From a virus (lineage: Duplodnaviria > Caudoviricetes): 63,041 bases of DNA. A program made the translations under genes and the position numbers. Numbering within the stretch: the stretch's first letter is position 1; every line of letters starts with the position of its first letter. Shown in pieces: positions 34,670 through 43,300 of the stretch. Under the pieces are notes generated by a model. It was given only the letters and a program-made list of their open reading frames with translations, made no database searches and was not told the origin of the DNA. The stretch is taken from positions 1-63,041 of IMG/VR virus record IMGVR_UViG_3300042509_001342; one strand, written 5' to 3'.

Positions 34670-35002
34670 TTAGAATGGGCTGTCCACCTCCCTTTTCGAC
34701 CACTTGGACCAGCCATTGGTGCCAATCAGGTTGCCGTCCTGATCCTTTCTCCTTGGATACAGGGCCCCGTCGCTCTTCCTCTGGCCGAAGCCGATGCTGC
34801 ACCCGCAGTCAACACAGCGGACTTCGTAGAAGTGATTGCCCTTGTTCTCTCGGGTGACCGGGACAGTGTTGGTGCTGTCACAGGCTCCGCATGTGGAGAC
34901 ACCGAACACTTCGATGGCCCCTGCCAATTCAGCAAAACAGTCTTTGGTGTCGGCCCCATCAACTTCAATTTCAATACGGTCAGTCTTCCATTTGATCTTC
35001 AT
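34670..35002 (-). CDS. C4 zinc-finger protein with SSB-like DSPF tail
   Basis: CGAC...CVDC; ends EVDSPF. Confidence 0.7.
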   Translation of the reverse strand: MKIKWKTDRIEIEVDGADTKDCFAELAGAIEVFGVSTCGACDSTNTVPVTRENKGNHFYEVRCVDCGCSIGFGQRKSDGALYPRRKDQDGNLIGTNGWSKWSKREVDSPF

Positions 35003-35385
35003 GCTCTGCTCCTAGGAAACTCGCTGGGTGAAACAACAGAGTGCCCGCCAACCCAGTGAATGGTCGGGCCTGTGTACTGGTAATCTTCGGTATCAAACGG
35101 GCAATCGCTCGGGTCTCCATCAGCCCTCTCAAACTCTTCCCTCAGCCTTCGGTAATCGCGGCCAACGATTGTGCCTTTGTATGTCAGCCCCCCAGTTTCT
35201 TTGATTCGCTGGTATTTCCTGATGGACTTACCTGACAAACCATCAAGTCCGGTTCTTCTATCAATCTCTTGTATTACGATTAAGGGACACTTCTTCATTT
35301 CCTTGACACACCACAGGAGATAAGGCATTGGAATGGAATCCATTGTCTTGCTCTTGTGTTTTCCAAACGGCATTACATCGCTCAT
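34999..35385 (-). CDS. DUF3820-like domain protein
   Basis: MPFGKHK...IPMPYLLW; GGAGG RBS. Confidence 0.8.
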   Translation of the reverse strand: MSDVMPFGKHKSKTMDSIPMPYLLWCVKEMKKCPLIVIQEIDRRTGLDGLSGKSIRKYQRIKETGGLTYKGTIVGRDYRRLREEFERADGDPSDCPFDTEDYQYTGPTIHWVGGHSVVSPSEFPRSRA

Positions 35386-35399
35386 TGGGTAACCTCCAT

Positions 35400-35760
35400 T
35401 GGTAAATCTCTTTACTGAAAATTCTCGTCAGCAGCAGGTCGTGCAACCTCCACAGTCGGTTGCCCTCCCCTCGGCCCAGCACTGGGTTGCTTGGTGATTG
35501 CAGACCGACTCCCTGCAAATAGCAGGAAGTCGGCTAGATCGGGCCGCTCGGAGCCATGCCGGACCTTTACCCGTGGAGTGATTTTGTTTTCGCAGTTCGC
35601 CACGTTGAACCCTGACACTGCGTACCAAGGGAGCCTCGCTCCTATGCCCTGCCCGTACAGTCGGACCCCCGGCAGGCACTGATAATCCTCCACCGTTTTG
35701 GCCGCAGCCCCGGCTGGTGGTACACCGTCTGCCCCGTCCTGAATGGGGCTTGTTCGATCC
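35400..35760 (-). ncRNA. Candidate structured non-coding RNA or origin element
   Basis: 420-nt intergenic gap with at least 8 hairpins; the 12-bp stem at 35505-35533 pairs fully only on the - strand (U-G wobble). Confidence 0.45.
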
Positions 35761-35805
35761 TTCTTTTTTCGTTGTAAGGGTGCTGTCAACAGCAATCCTT
35801 GTTCA

Positions 35806-37374
35806 CTACTTCGCTGTGTTCCAACGCTCCTCGTTTGCCTTGCGATCAATGGCATCCTTGAACGCCTGCTTCCACATCGGAGTCAAGCGGGCCTCCTTCA
35901 ATGCCCACCTCAAATAGTCCACGGGAATCTGCGACAGGGGCTGGCCCTTCCACTTGCCGAAGGGGGCACGAAACTCCCGCCGTCTGGGAGTGTCGCGGTC
36001 TGGTCGGCCGAAGGGGTCGTGGTCGTAGCTGTCGAACGTGACGCCCAGCACCAGCCCCTCACGACGCTTCCGCTCCGTGTCTCTCTGCAGGCGGGCGGCT
36101 TCTCGCTCGGCTTCCATCTCGGCGGCAACGGCGGCGTCGATCTCTTCCAGCGTGGCCTCGTCCTTGAGGCTGTCTCGGACCTTGATGCGGATGTCCTTCT
36201 TCTGGTCGCAAAGAACGTCCAGAGCGGTGCATAGCTTGTGGCAACGGCTGGAGTCGGTCAGGTCGTGGACAATAAAGAAGGGCTTGTCGCTGGCTGCTAT
36301 AGCCGCCTTCCGCTCGGCTGCGGTCTCAAGGCCGTCCGTCACCCCGGTCAGGTTGCGGGTGCCCCGGCCAATCATCTGCGTGTACTTGTTCAAAGCCTTC
36401 GTTGGCTTGGCAAGGAAGATTTCCGACACGGGCGGGTGATCCCATCCCGTGGTCAGGATGCCTACGTTGATGATGACTTCCCGTTGCCCAAGCATGAAGC
36501 ACTTGAGTTCCTCCCGGTACTCTTCTTCGGACTGATAGCTATGCACCAAGCTGCAATGCAGCGAGTGGCGGTCCAGCATCAGGTCCCTAAGCAGAGTCGC
36601 TTGCCTGACCGAATGGGCGAACACTAAGGCTGGCTGCTTAGGCTTGTGGTTCTGGACAATCAGTGCAGCTATGTCGTGAAGGACTTCTTCCGCCCTTAGG
36701 ATTTGGTCTAGCTCCTCAGGGTTGAAGTCCGACGATGCCTTTTTCGCCAACTTCGACAGGTTGATGGACTTGACGTAGTGAACCTTGACCTTGGGTGGAC
36801 AGAGATAACCCTCGTCAATCGCCCTGCGGAGGGAAAAGCAGTAAGAAATCTTGTCGTAGAACCCAAGGAGCGAAGCCTTGTCTGCCCGGTAAGCCGTGGC
36901 AGTGCAGCCAAGGACCCTCGCTCCCCCGTCCACCAACTGCTGCAAGATGTCACGGGCCTGCATGGTGAAGCCCCAGTGGGCCTCGTCCACCACAACCAAG
37001 TCCACCTTGCCGATGAACTTCTTGTACCTGTCGTGCCTAAGAAGGGTCTGCCAACTGGCCACCACAAACTCAGTCTCGGGCAGGGCACTGAGATCAGCCT
37101 GCTCAATGTCAGGTTCGCAGTTCCTCAACGAGCGAATCGTCTTTACGGTCTGCCCAATCAGTTCGATCAGCGGAACGATGACCAGAGTTCTGGCCCCCTC
37201 CCGGGGCAACAGGACAAACGTCCGCGTCTTGCCTGTGCCGGTCGGGAGTTCCAGAAGCAGCTTCTTCAAGCCTTGCCGCCAGTCCGAACGCAAAGCAGTG
37301 ATCGCCTCCTTTTGGTAGTCCCTAAGAAGGTGATCAAAGAGTGGCAGGGATTGGCACTTTGCTGGTGGCTTCAT
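35806..37374 (-). CDS. SF2 DEAH-box helicase with C-terminal DUF3820-like domain
   Basis: LRDYQ, LPTGTGKT, DEAH, TAT, LTTGWD, QMIGRGTR; PFGKWKG...IPVDYLRW. Confidence 0.93.
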   Translation of the reverse strand: MKPPAKCQSLPLFDHLLRDYQKEAITALRSDWRQGLKKLLLELPTGTGKTRTFVLLPREGARTLVIVPLIELIGQTVKTIRSLRNCEPDIEQADLSALPETEFVVASWQTLLRHDRYKKFIGKVDLVVVDEAHWGFTMQARDILQQLVDGGARVLGCTATAYRADKASLLGFYDKISYCFSLRRAIDEGYLCPPKVKVHYVKSINLSKLAKKASSDFNPEELDQILRAEEVLHDIAALIVQNHKPKQPALVFAHSVRQATLLRDLMLDRHSLHCSLVHSYQSEEEYREELKCFMLGQREVIINVGILTTGWDHPPVSEIFLAKPTKALNKYTQMIGRGTRNLTGVTDGLETAAERKAAIAASDKPFFIVHDLTDSSRCHKLCTALDVLCDQKKDIRIKVRDSLKDEATLEEIDAAVAAEMEAEREAARLQRDTERKRREGLVLGVTFDSYDHDPFGRPDRDTPRRREFRAPFGKWKGQPLSQIPVDYLRWALKEARLTPMWKQAFKDAIDRKANEERWNTAK

Positions 37375-37886
37375 TGGGCACCCCCTAGTCGGGCAGGACC
37401 TGAGATAGGGAGTGGCCAATTTCCTGCATCTTGCTGCGGCTCCTCCCGATCCACCGGCTCCTCGCCTGCTCTTCTGTCCAAGAGTTCTTGATAAGGTCCC
37501 GGAGCCTCTGTATCTCTCTTTCGTCGGGGTCTTTTTCCCTTGCCTTTTCCAGTGCCCTTGGCCTCATCACCTTCCGTTCGTGGAGCATCCGATAAATCCC
37601 TTTCCTGCTGAACTGCTGGTATGTCATCTGAACCTGATACACGCTCATCCCCGACTGGTAATCCGAGATGATTTGCTCCTGCCAATCCGGTGGTATCTCC
37701 TGACCATGCGCGATCATCTGTCTGCTCTCCTAGGAAAGAGTTGGTGTGTTGATCCAAGGCCGCCCGCACGACACGAAGTTCCGCGAACAGCATTGGGACT
37801 GCCCGCATCAGAATCAGCGGAAGCTGGTTCAGGTCGCTGTAGACGATCAGCCGCTCTAGCTGGTCAATCTCTGCGTCAGACATCAT
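37371..37886 (-). CDS. Hypothetical protein whose 3' part overlaps 37385..37717
   Basis: AGGAGGTG RBS before ATG 37886; ATGA overlap with the helicase start. Confidence 0.55.
   Translation of the reverse strand: MMSDAEIDQLERLIVYSDLNQLPLILMRAVPMLFAELRVVRAALDQHTNSFLGEQTDDRAWSGDTTGLAGANHLGLPVGDERVSGSDDIPAVQQERDLSDAPRTEGDEAKGTGKGKGKRPRRKRDTEAPGPYQELLDRRAGEEPVDREEPQQDAGNWPLPISGPARLGGAQ
37385..37717 (-). CDS. Putative HTH protein
   Basis: IISDYQSGMSVYQV...SRKGIYRML; TAGGAG RBS. Confidence 0.65.
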   Translation of the reverse strand: MIAHGQEIPPDWQEQIISDYQSGMSVYQVQMTYQQFSRKGIYRMLHERKVMRPRALEKAREKDPDEREIQRLRDLIKNSWTEEQARSRWIGRSRSKMQEIGHSLSQVLPD

Positions 37887-38547
37887 TGGCCACCTCCTGC
37901 TTGATGGCCTTGCCGTACTTCTTCCGCAGCCGCTTGCAGTCGGCGGCAGTGACGGCCCCCTGCTCAACGAGAATGTCGAGGTGGTGCAGGATCAGAGTGA
38001 CCTGCTCGACGTTGTCCTTCTCCTTCTCAAGCTTGGCCTCGGCCCGCTTGATGAGGTCGCTCTTGGTCTCCTCGACCGGAGCCTCGACAGGGGCAGCGGC
38101 TTCTTCAGCAGGGGCTGCTGCAACGGGCTGCTCGTCGCCAGCCAGCCAGCCACCAGCCAAGCACCGGAAGAGAATCTTCTGGGCGTAGGTGCATTGGATT
38201 TCAAACGTCTGGATGCCCGGCCGATCCTCAGGCGTGAAGCCCAGCATCAACGGGCACACACAAGACACCCACTCCCCGCTCTCATGGTTCAGCCGACCGA
38301 CCATGACCCAGCCATGAACGGCTTGGAATCCGGTGAGGAACGTCGGCATGGTGAAGCCGTTTGCCAGCAACGACGGCAGAAGGGCATCACAAATGTCCTT
38401 GAGGGTGGCGTACCGGAATCCCTCTTCCTTGTTCTCACCGCTCTTGGCAATCGCCTTGTAGGTGGCCTGAGCCTTCCGCAACGCTGCGGTAAAAGACTTG
38501 GTCTCAGGCGAACTACTCACTCCGCTCAGTCCGTGATCCAGTTGCAT
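37876..38547 (-). CDS. erf: ERF-family ssDNA annealing protein
   Basis: ALRKAQ..IAKSGEN..RYATLKDI...HESGEW...TYAQK. Confidence 0.88.
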   Translation of the reverse strand: MQLDHGLSGVSSSPETKSFTAALRKAQATYKAIAKSGENKEEGFRYATLKDICDALLPSLLANGFTMPTFLTGFQAVHGWVMVGRLNHESGEWVSCVCPLMLGFTPEDRPGIQTFEIQCTYAQKILFRCLAGGWLAGDEQPVAAAPAEEAAAPVEAPVEETKSDLIKRAEAKLEKEKDNVEQVTLILHHLDILVEQGAVTAADCKRLRKKYGKAIKQEVANDV

Positions 38548-39529
38548 TTCTGCTCTCCTTTAGAACCCAACGAGGAACAACCAACTCCGTAATCTGGCCA
38601 GCATCCGGCTGGTTCCAGTGGTCGATAAGCAGCCGCGTCTTGAGGTCTATGCGTGTAGACCTGAGGTCACGACGGGCTGACTTGAGAAGCTGCTCTGGCA
38701 GCACAACTGCGTGGCACTCATAGGGAGGCACGGTTGACGAGAGCAGGAAAACAAACTTGGTTGCCGGTATGCCTGCGGCTCTTGCACCCGACAGGTAATG
38801 CTCGGCTTGGAATGCGTATCCGTAATCAATGACGGATCGCCAGAAGGTCTTGAGCGGCTGACGTTCCTTTGTGGTTTTTAAATCCCACAGGAACGTGGCA
38901 GCACACGCATCAGGACGGCACTTCAGCTTGAGGCCGGTCTCTGGGTCTATCCACCGGATGCTGAACTCACGGTGTTCTGTCTGCTCTTGAAGCCGCCCAA
39001 AGATCGGGTTGGCCAAGATCGCATCGAACTGCCTGTGATACGCCTCAGCTTCTTCAACGGACAGACAGATGGCATCGGCACTCTGGCCTGCCAGCCACTC
39101 TTCGGTCTTCTTGGTGCGGCGACCATCAGCCCCAAGGACTTCCTTGGGAATGACAACTACGCGGCCCCACCAAGCACTGGGCCCTTGCTCGGCCCATTCG
39201 TGAACGTGCGTTCCCTTTACAAGGGATGCCCCGAATGGGTTACTTATCCCGCCAGAGATATACCGGCCGTGGAAGTACAGCGGGCCGTTGGCCCACAAGT
39301 CCCATAGCTGGCTCTTGCTCCACCACTCCTTGTCGGCGTGGTAGGCATTGATCGGCTCATCAAACCGGAGAGCAGTAGTAGCGGCGGCCGGACTCGAACC
39401 GGCGACACCCGGCTTATGAAGCCGGTGCCCTTGGGGGGTGAGGCCACCCGAAGGTTTTGCCTCGTCGTGGTGGTTTTCGCCCCCCAAAGCCGAACTATTG
39501 TCTCTTTTTACGCAAGGAGACAGTTCCAT
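38513..39529 (-). CDS. RecE/exonuclease VIII-like PD-(D/E)XK nuclease
   Basis: YHA..SKSQL, GTHVH, KCRPD, DLKTT, YAFQAEHY. Confidence 0.88.
   Translation of the reverse strand: MELSPCVKRDNSSALGGENHHDEAKPSGGLTPQGHRLHKPGVAGSSPAAATTALRFDEPINAYHADKEWWSKSQLWDLWANGPLYFHGRYISGGISNPFGASLVKGTHVHEWAEQGPSAWWGRVVVIPKEVLGADGRRTKKTEEWLAGQSADAICLSVEEAEAYHRQFDAILANPIFGRLQEQTEHREFSIRWIDPETGLKLKCRPDACAATFLWDLKTTKERQPLKTFWRSVIDYGYAFQAEHYLSGARAAGIPATKFVFLLSSTVPPYECHAVVLPEQLLKSARRDLRSTRIDLKTRLLIDHWNQPDAGQITELVVPRWVLKESRNATGSRTERSE
39379..39448 (-). tRNA. tRNA(CAT)-like sequence: intact anticodon arm, T arm and 3' acceptor strand, degenerate 5' half; probable attP core or pseudo-tRNA
   Basis: CCGGC-TTCATAA-GCCGG, GTGTC, GCCGG-TTCGAGT-CCGGC, CGCCGCT-A; no D-loop GG and no CCA. 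Confidence 0.75.
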
Positions 39530-40391
39530 GATCGACGTAGCACTCCATTATTGCAGTGAAAGAGACCTGTCGGCAGATTACCGGCAAGCGTTGACAAGAG
39601 TGGCCCGCTCAATGCAGGCCAGCGGCATCACTCCGTTGACGCTTGAAGACTCCGTGTTCAATCGGTGGCTTCTGGGGGCCGCGCCGTCGCAGTCCACCAC
39701 ACGATCCAACTACAGGCGGATGGGGCTCACACTCTGGCGGGCCGCACTCGACTTGCAGTTGGCGACTCATCGTATCGGAAGGGTTGCCAGAGTCAAGTGC
39801 CGGGTTGCACCGCCCGTTGCATGGTCGGCCAGCGAACTTTCCCGGCTGCTGTCTCACGCAGAGCAGATGACCGGCGTGTTCCGTGCCAGCGGTTGTCCGC
39901 AGAGCCTTTTCTGGCGGGGCTGGATTCTCACTGGCTACGAAACCGGCGTTCGTTTCAGAGACCTTCACTATCTGCAGGCCAACCAGATGCGGGACTGCCG
40001 ACTGTGGGTGGTCCAGCACAAGACGGGCCGACCGCTCGGGAAGCAGCTTTCTGCAAATTGCCAAAGTGTCCTTTGCGATCTTGCAAAGCTTTCTACAGAC
40101 GGCTCCCTTTTTCGCTGGGCCCTGAGCCGAAAACACGTTTTCTTGCATTTCCGAAAATTGGTGAAAGACGCTGGTCTTGCTGGGTCGAGCAAGTTCCTTC
40201 GCCGCAGTGGGGCCACGGCAGTAGAGATGGCCAGCCCCGGAGCGGCCAGCAAATTTCTGGGTCATCTGTCACCCGGACTAGCAGCAAAGCATTACCTTGA
40301 TCCTACCCTGTTGGCAGAGCGGCAACCCTCGCCGCCTCCAATCTGCGTCACTCAAAGTAAGACTGCGGGTCCGTCCGTCGCTTCTTCGTAG
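39528..40391 (+). CDS. Tyrosine recombinase/integrase (short, no obvious arm-binding domain)
   Basis: TGVR, HKTG, FLRRSGAT, FLGH, HY; AAGGAG RBS before ATG 39528. Confidence 0.88.
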   Translation: MIDVALHYCSERDLSADYRQALTRVARSMQASGITPLTLEDSVFNRWLLGAAPSQSTTRSNYRRMGLTLWRAALDLQLATHRIGRVARVKCRVAPPVAWSASELSRLLSHAEQMTGVFRASGCPQSLFWRGWILTGYETGVRFRDLHYLQANQMRDCRLWVVQHKTGRPLGKQLSANCQSVLCDLAKLSTDGSLFRWALSRKHVFLHFRKLVKDAGLAGSSKFLRRSGATAVEMASPGAASKFLGHLSPGLAAKHYLDPTLLAERQPSPPPICVTQSKTAGPSVASS

Positions 40392-43300
40392 ATATGACAC
40401 CGCTGCGTAATTCACGCTCACGGGCAAGCTCTTTCCCAAGCTGACGTTCCAAGGCCATCAACTCAAGCAGCTCGTTGTCCACGAAAGGCTTGGAGTCCTC
40501 GGGGATAAAAGTCTGAGTGAAGTTCCTTACCAGAGGGTCAGCCTGCATCATCTCGGCAATCTTCTTTCGGGCGTCGATTCGCCGGGCCTGATCGTCTACG
40601 TTCTGGAACTTGACCCCAGAGGTGGCGTTAATTCCCATCTGCCAAAGCCTATCCCTAAAGTCGGGCAGCTTCTCATCATCCAAAAGCCTATTGGTGATCT
40701 GGAGTGTGCGGGGAGCGAACGGCAGGAGGTTCAGGACGGGGTCAAGATTCTTGATCGTCTGCCCCCAAGCACTCTGCGGGTGAACACCAATGAGGTCCTC
40801 GGCCAAAGTCTGAGAGACAGTCTCCATGTCCTTCAGTGGTCGCTTGGTGTAGAAGTTTTCCCCTGTTACGGTTTGTGCGATCTCTTTGAGCAAGGGGTGG
40901 GCAAGCTTCCCAACGGCGTCAGTGCCGGTATTCCACGCGGTCCCAGCGATGCTCGGGGTCCCGTCCCTCTGGAACCCGGGCTTGATCATGTTGATCTGGT
41001 CGATGCCCGGCAAGTCTATGTCGGTAAGCCAAGGCGTCACCCCTTCCTTGACCCCACCAAACGGTCTGCTCAGGCGTCCCTCAACAGGAGTGCCATACGA
41101 ACCACGAATGCTTTCGGGAACGTACTCCTCCTCTTCGGAGTGCAGCACCGCCTCGGGAAGCCGCATCCCAAGCTGGGTGTACCTGCCGCCGGGGTGATCC
41201 ATGATCTGCTTGGCAACCCACTTGCTGGTCCGTGAGGTGTAAGACCAGAACGGAATCAGCCGCCTGAAGAAGTTCTTCTCCAGAGTGGTAAGGCTGTCGT
41301 AGTCAACGTGGGCTGTTAGCACCCTTTTACCGGCCTCCATGGGGTCAACACCCTGCCGAAGCAGGCCGTTGAACAGAGCCATGCGGTTGATCTGGTCGGT
41401 AATGTCGCCCGACTTGGCAGACCATCGCAGGAACGGGTTGCCGATGTTCGTGCTGTCTTGAAGGCCAAGCTCACCAAACTTGTCCCAGTTCTTGGTTAGT
41501 TCTGAAACTGCGTGTTCGGCTGGCTTTGGAAGAGTGTTGCCTGTCAGCTTGTCCCAAGCCGCATAGCCCGTGGTGGTCCTCGGGTTCCAACCCGGGAGAA
41601 GCTCGTCCGCTACGTTGACACCACCTTGAAGAGCGGTGGCCCGGCCAGCAAGGTCCGACTGCCGCCTGCCAGAGGTCACTCCCGCTGCGGCAATGTCAGA
41701 GATGTATGCCCGCTTCCTTTCGTCGGGAGCCATGCCCTTGTACTTGGGCCAAGTGGCAAGGTGTTCGTCCAGCTTTTCCCAGTTCCCCTGAATCAAGTCT
41801 TTGGCGGAAGAGTAGCCAGCCATGGTGTCCCTGCCACTGCCAAGCTCGACAAGGTTTGTGAACCCGGCTGCGTACCAGTCCCTGTTTTTGGATGCTGGCC
41901 AAGCCAAAATGGTGGTCTTCCACATGGCGGTGAACCTGTCGAAGAAAGCCAGCCAGTCCCGCTGAACCTCCGGGTACTTGTAGAAGTCCGCAATCTTGGC
42001 CATCGCACTCACGACCCGCTTGTCCACAGACACGTTCCGAAGCTTGATGTCTTCTGCGGGGAATCGGCTGGCAAGCCTGTTGGCGATCTGCGTCTTGGCC
42101 CCCATCTGGACCTGAACGGGGAGCTTGGTCTGCGGCAGCGTGAACAGGTCCAAGTCCTTGAGGGCTTTCCCCATGGACACATGCACGTTCTTGTCCGTAA
42201 CTGTCTTGTAGTTCTGGAGCTTGGCAGACTTGGCTAGGAAATCCTCCATGGTGGAGGCAACAGCCAATGCCCGCTCATTGCCAACCACCGAGCGGGTGAA
42301 GTCATCAACGAAGCTGGACCCGAAGAGCGGCATCCCGGCATCCAGAGACTTCTGGTCAAGCTGCCGCAGAGTACGGGCAAGCAAGGACGCCTGCTTCATT
42401 GTGTACTCTGGGCCTGTCCCGGCCGGGAACAGCTTGGCAGACTCCCCGTCCATCACTTTCTTGATGTACCTCGCAGCCTCAAGGTCGCTGCTTAGGAGCC
42501 TGTCTGGCCCAGCAACCTGCGGGTCAAGGCTGAGCTTGTTGAGAACGTCGGTGCCGCCGGGGCTTTTCAACGGGTCTTTCCGGGCCATCTGGTCGCCGGT
42601 CATTGCCGAGAAAGACTTCCCGCCGCTCGACTTTCCTGAGCCCTCTTCTGTGATCTTCTGCCAGAAGGACATATCGTCCACATGGCGAGGGAAGTACATG
42701 GTCTTGAACGGGTCCTGCAGTTCCTCACTGCCAAGCCCAGCCTGAGCCCTCTTCGACAAGTACTCGGCAGCAAGCCCGGGTTGGGTTGGGACGAAGTTGC
42801 TGCCGGTCTTGAGAGCTGCATAGGCCCCCTGACCGTGCCACATATCGACAAACCGCTGTAAGTCTGACCTGCTGCTAATCATCTTGAGGTCTTCGGGCGA
42901 GGGTCTGCCCTCAAGAACACGACGCATGGCCCGTCCGACTTCGTTGTCCCCAAAGACGCTGGGGTCGAGGTCTTGCAGGTGCTGGCTGGCTTTGAACCGA
43001 CCGGCAGACTCACCGGCCTTCAGGGCATTGGTGAGTTCTTTGCCAATGATCTGCACTGATTCCTTTGGGGAACCGGCTGCACTCCTGTCGAAAGCTGCAT
43101 AGCCGTACCGAACAGGGGCCGACCACCGCAGGGCTTGACCAGCCTTGTCAATGTTGCGGGCAATGGTCTCGCCAAAGGGGCCGAGGTTCATGCCCGTCTG
43201 AACGTAGTCAGAAAGCGGAAGGCCAATGCCAATGTCATAGCGAAGGGGCGAGTCCTTGACCTGATCGTAGTTCTGCTTGTACCTGCCAAGCCAATCGTCC

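Noticed and set aside
35412-35855. 147-aa ORF as a real gene
   Set aside because: Overlaps the helicase end, has no clear RBS or motif, and spans the hairpin-rich region; not fully excluded
39379-39448. Functional full-length tRNA-Met/Ile
   Set aside because: Lacks the D-loop GG and CCA, has an acceptor mismatch, and lies within an ORF
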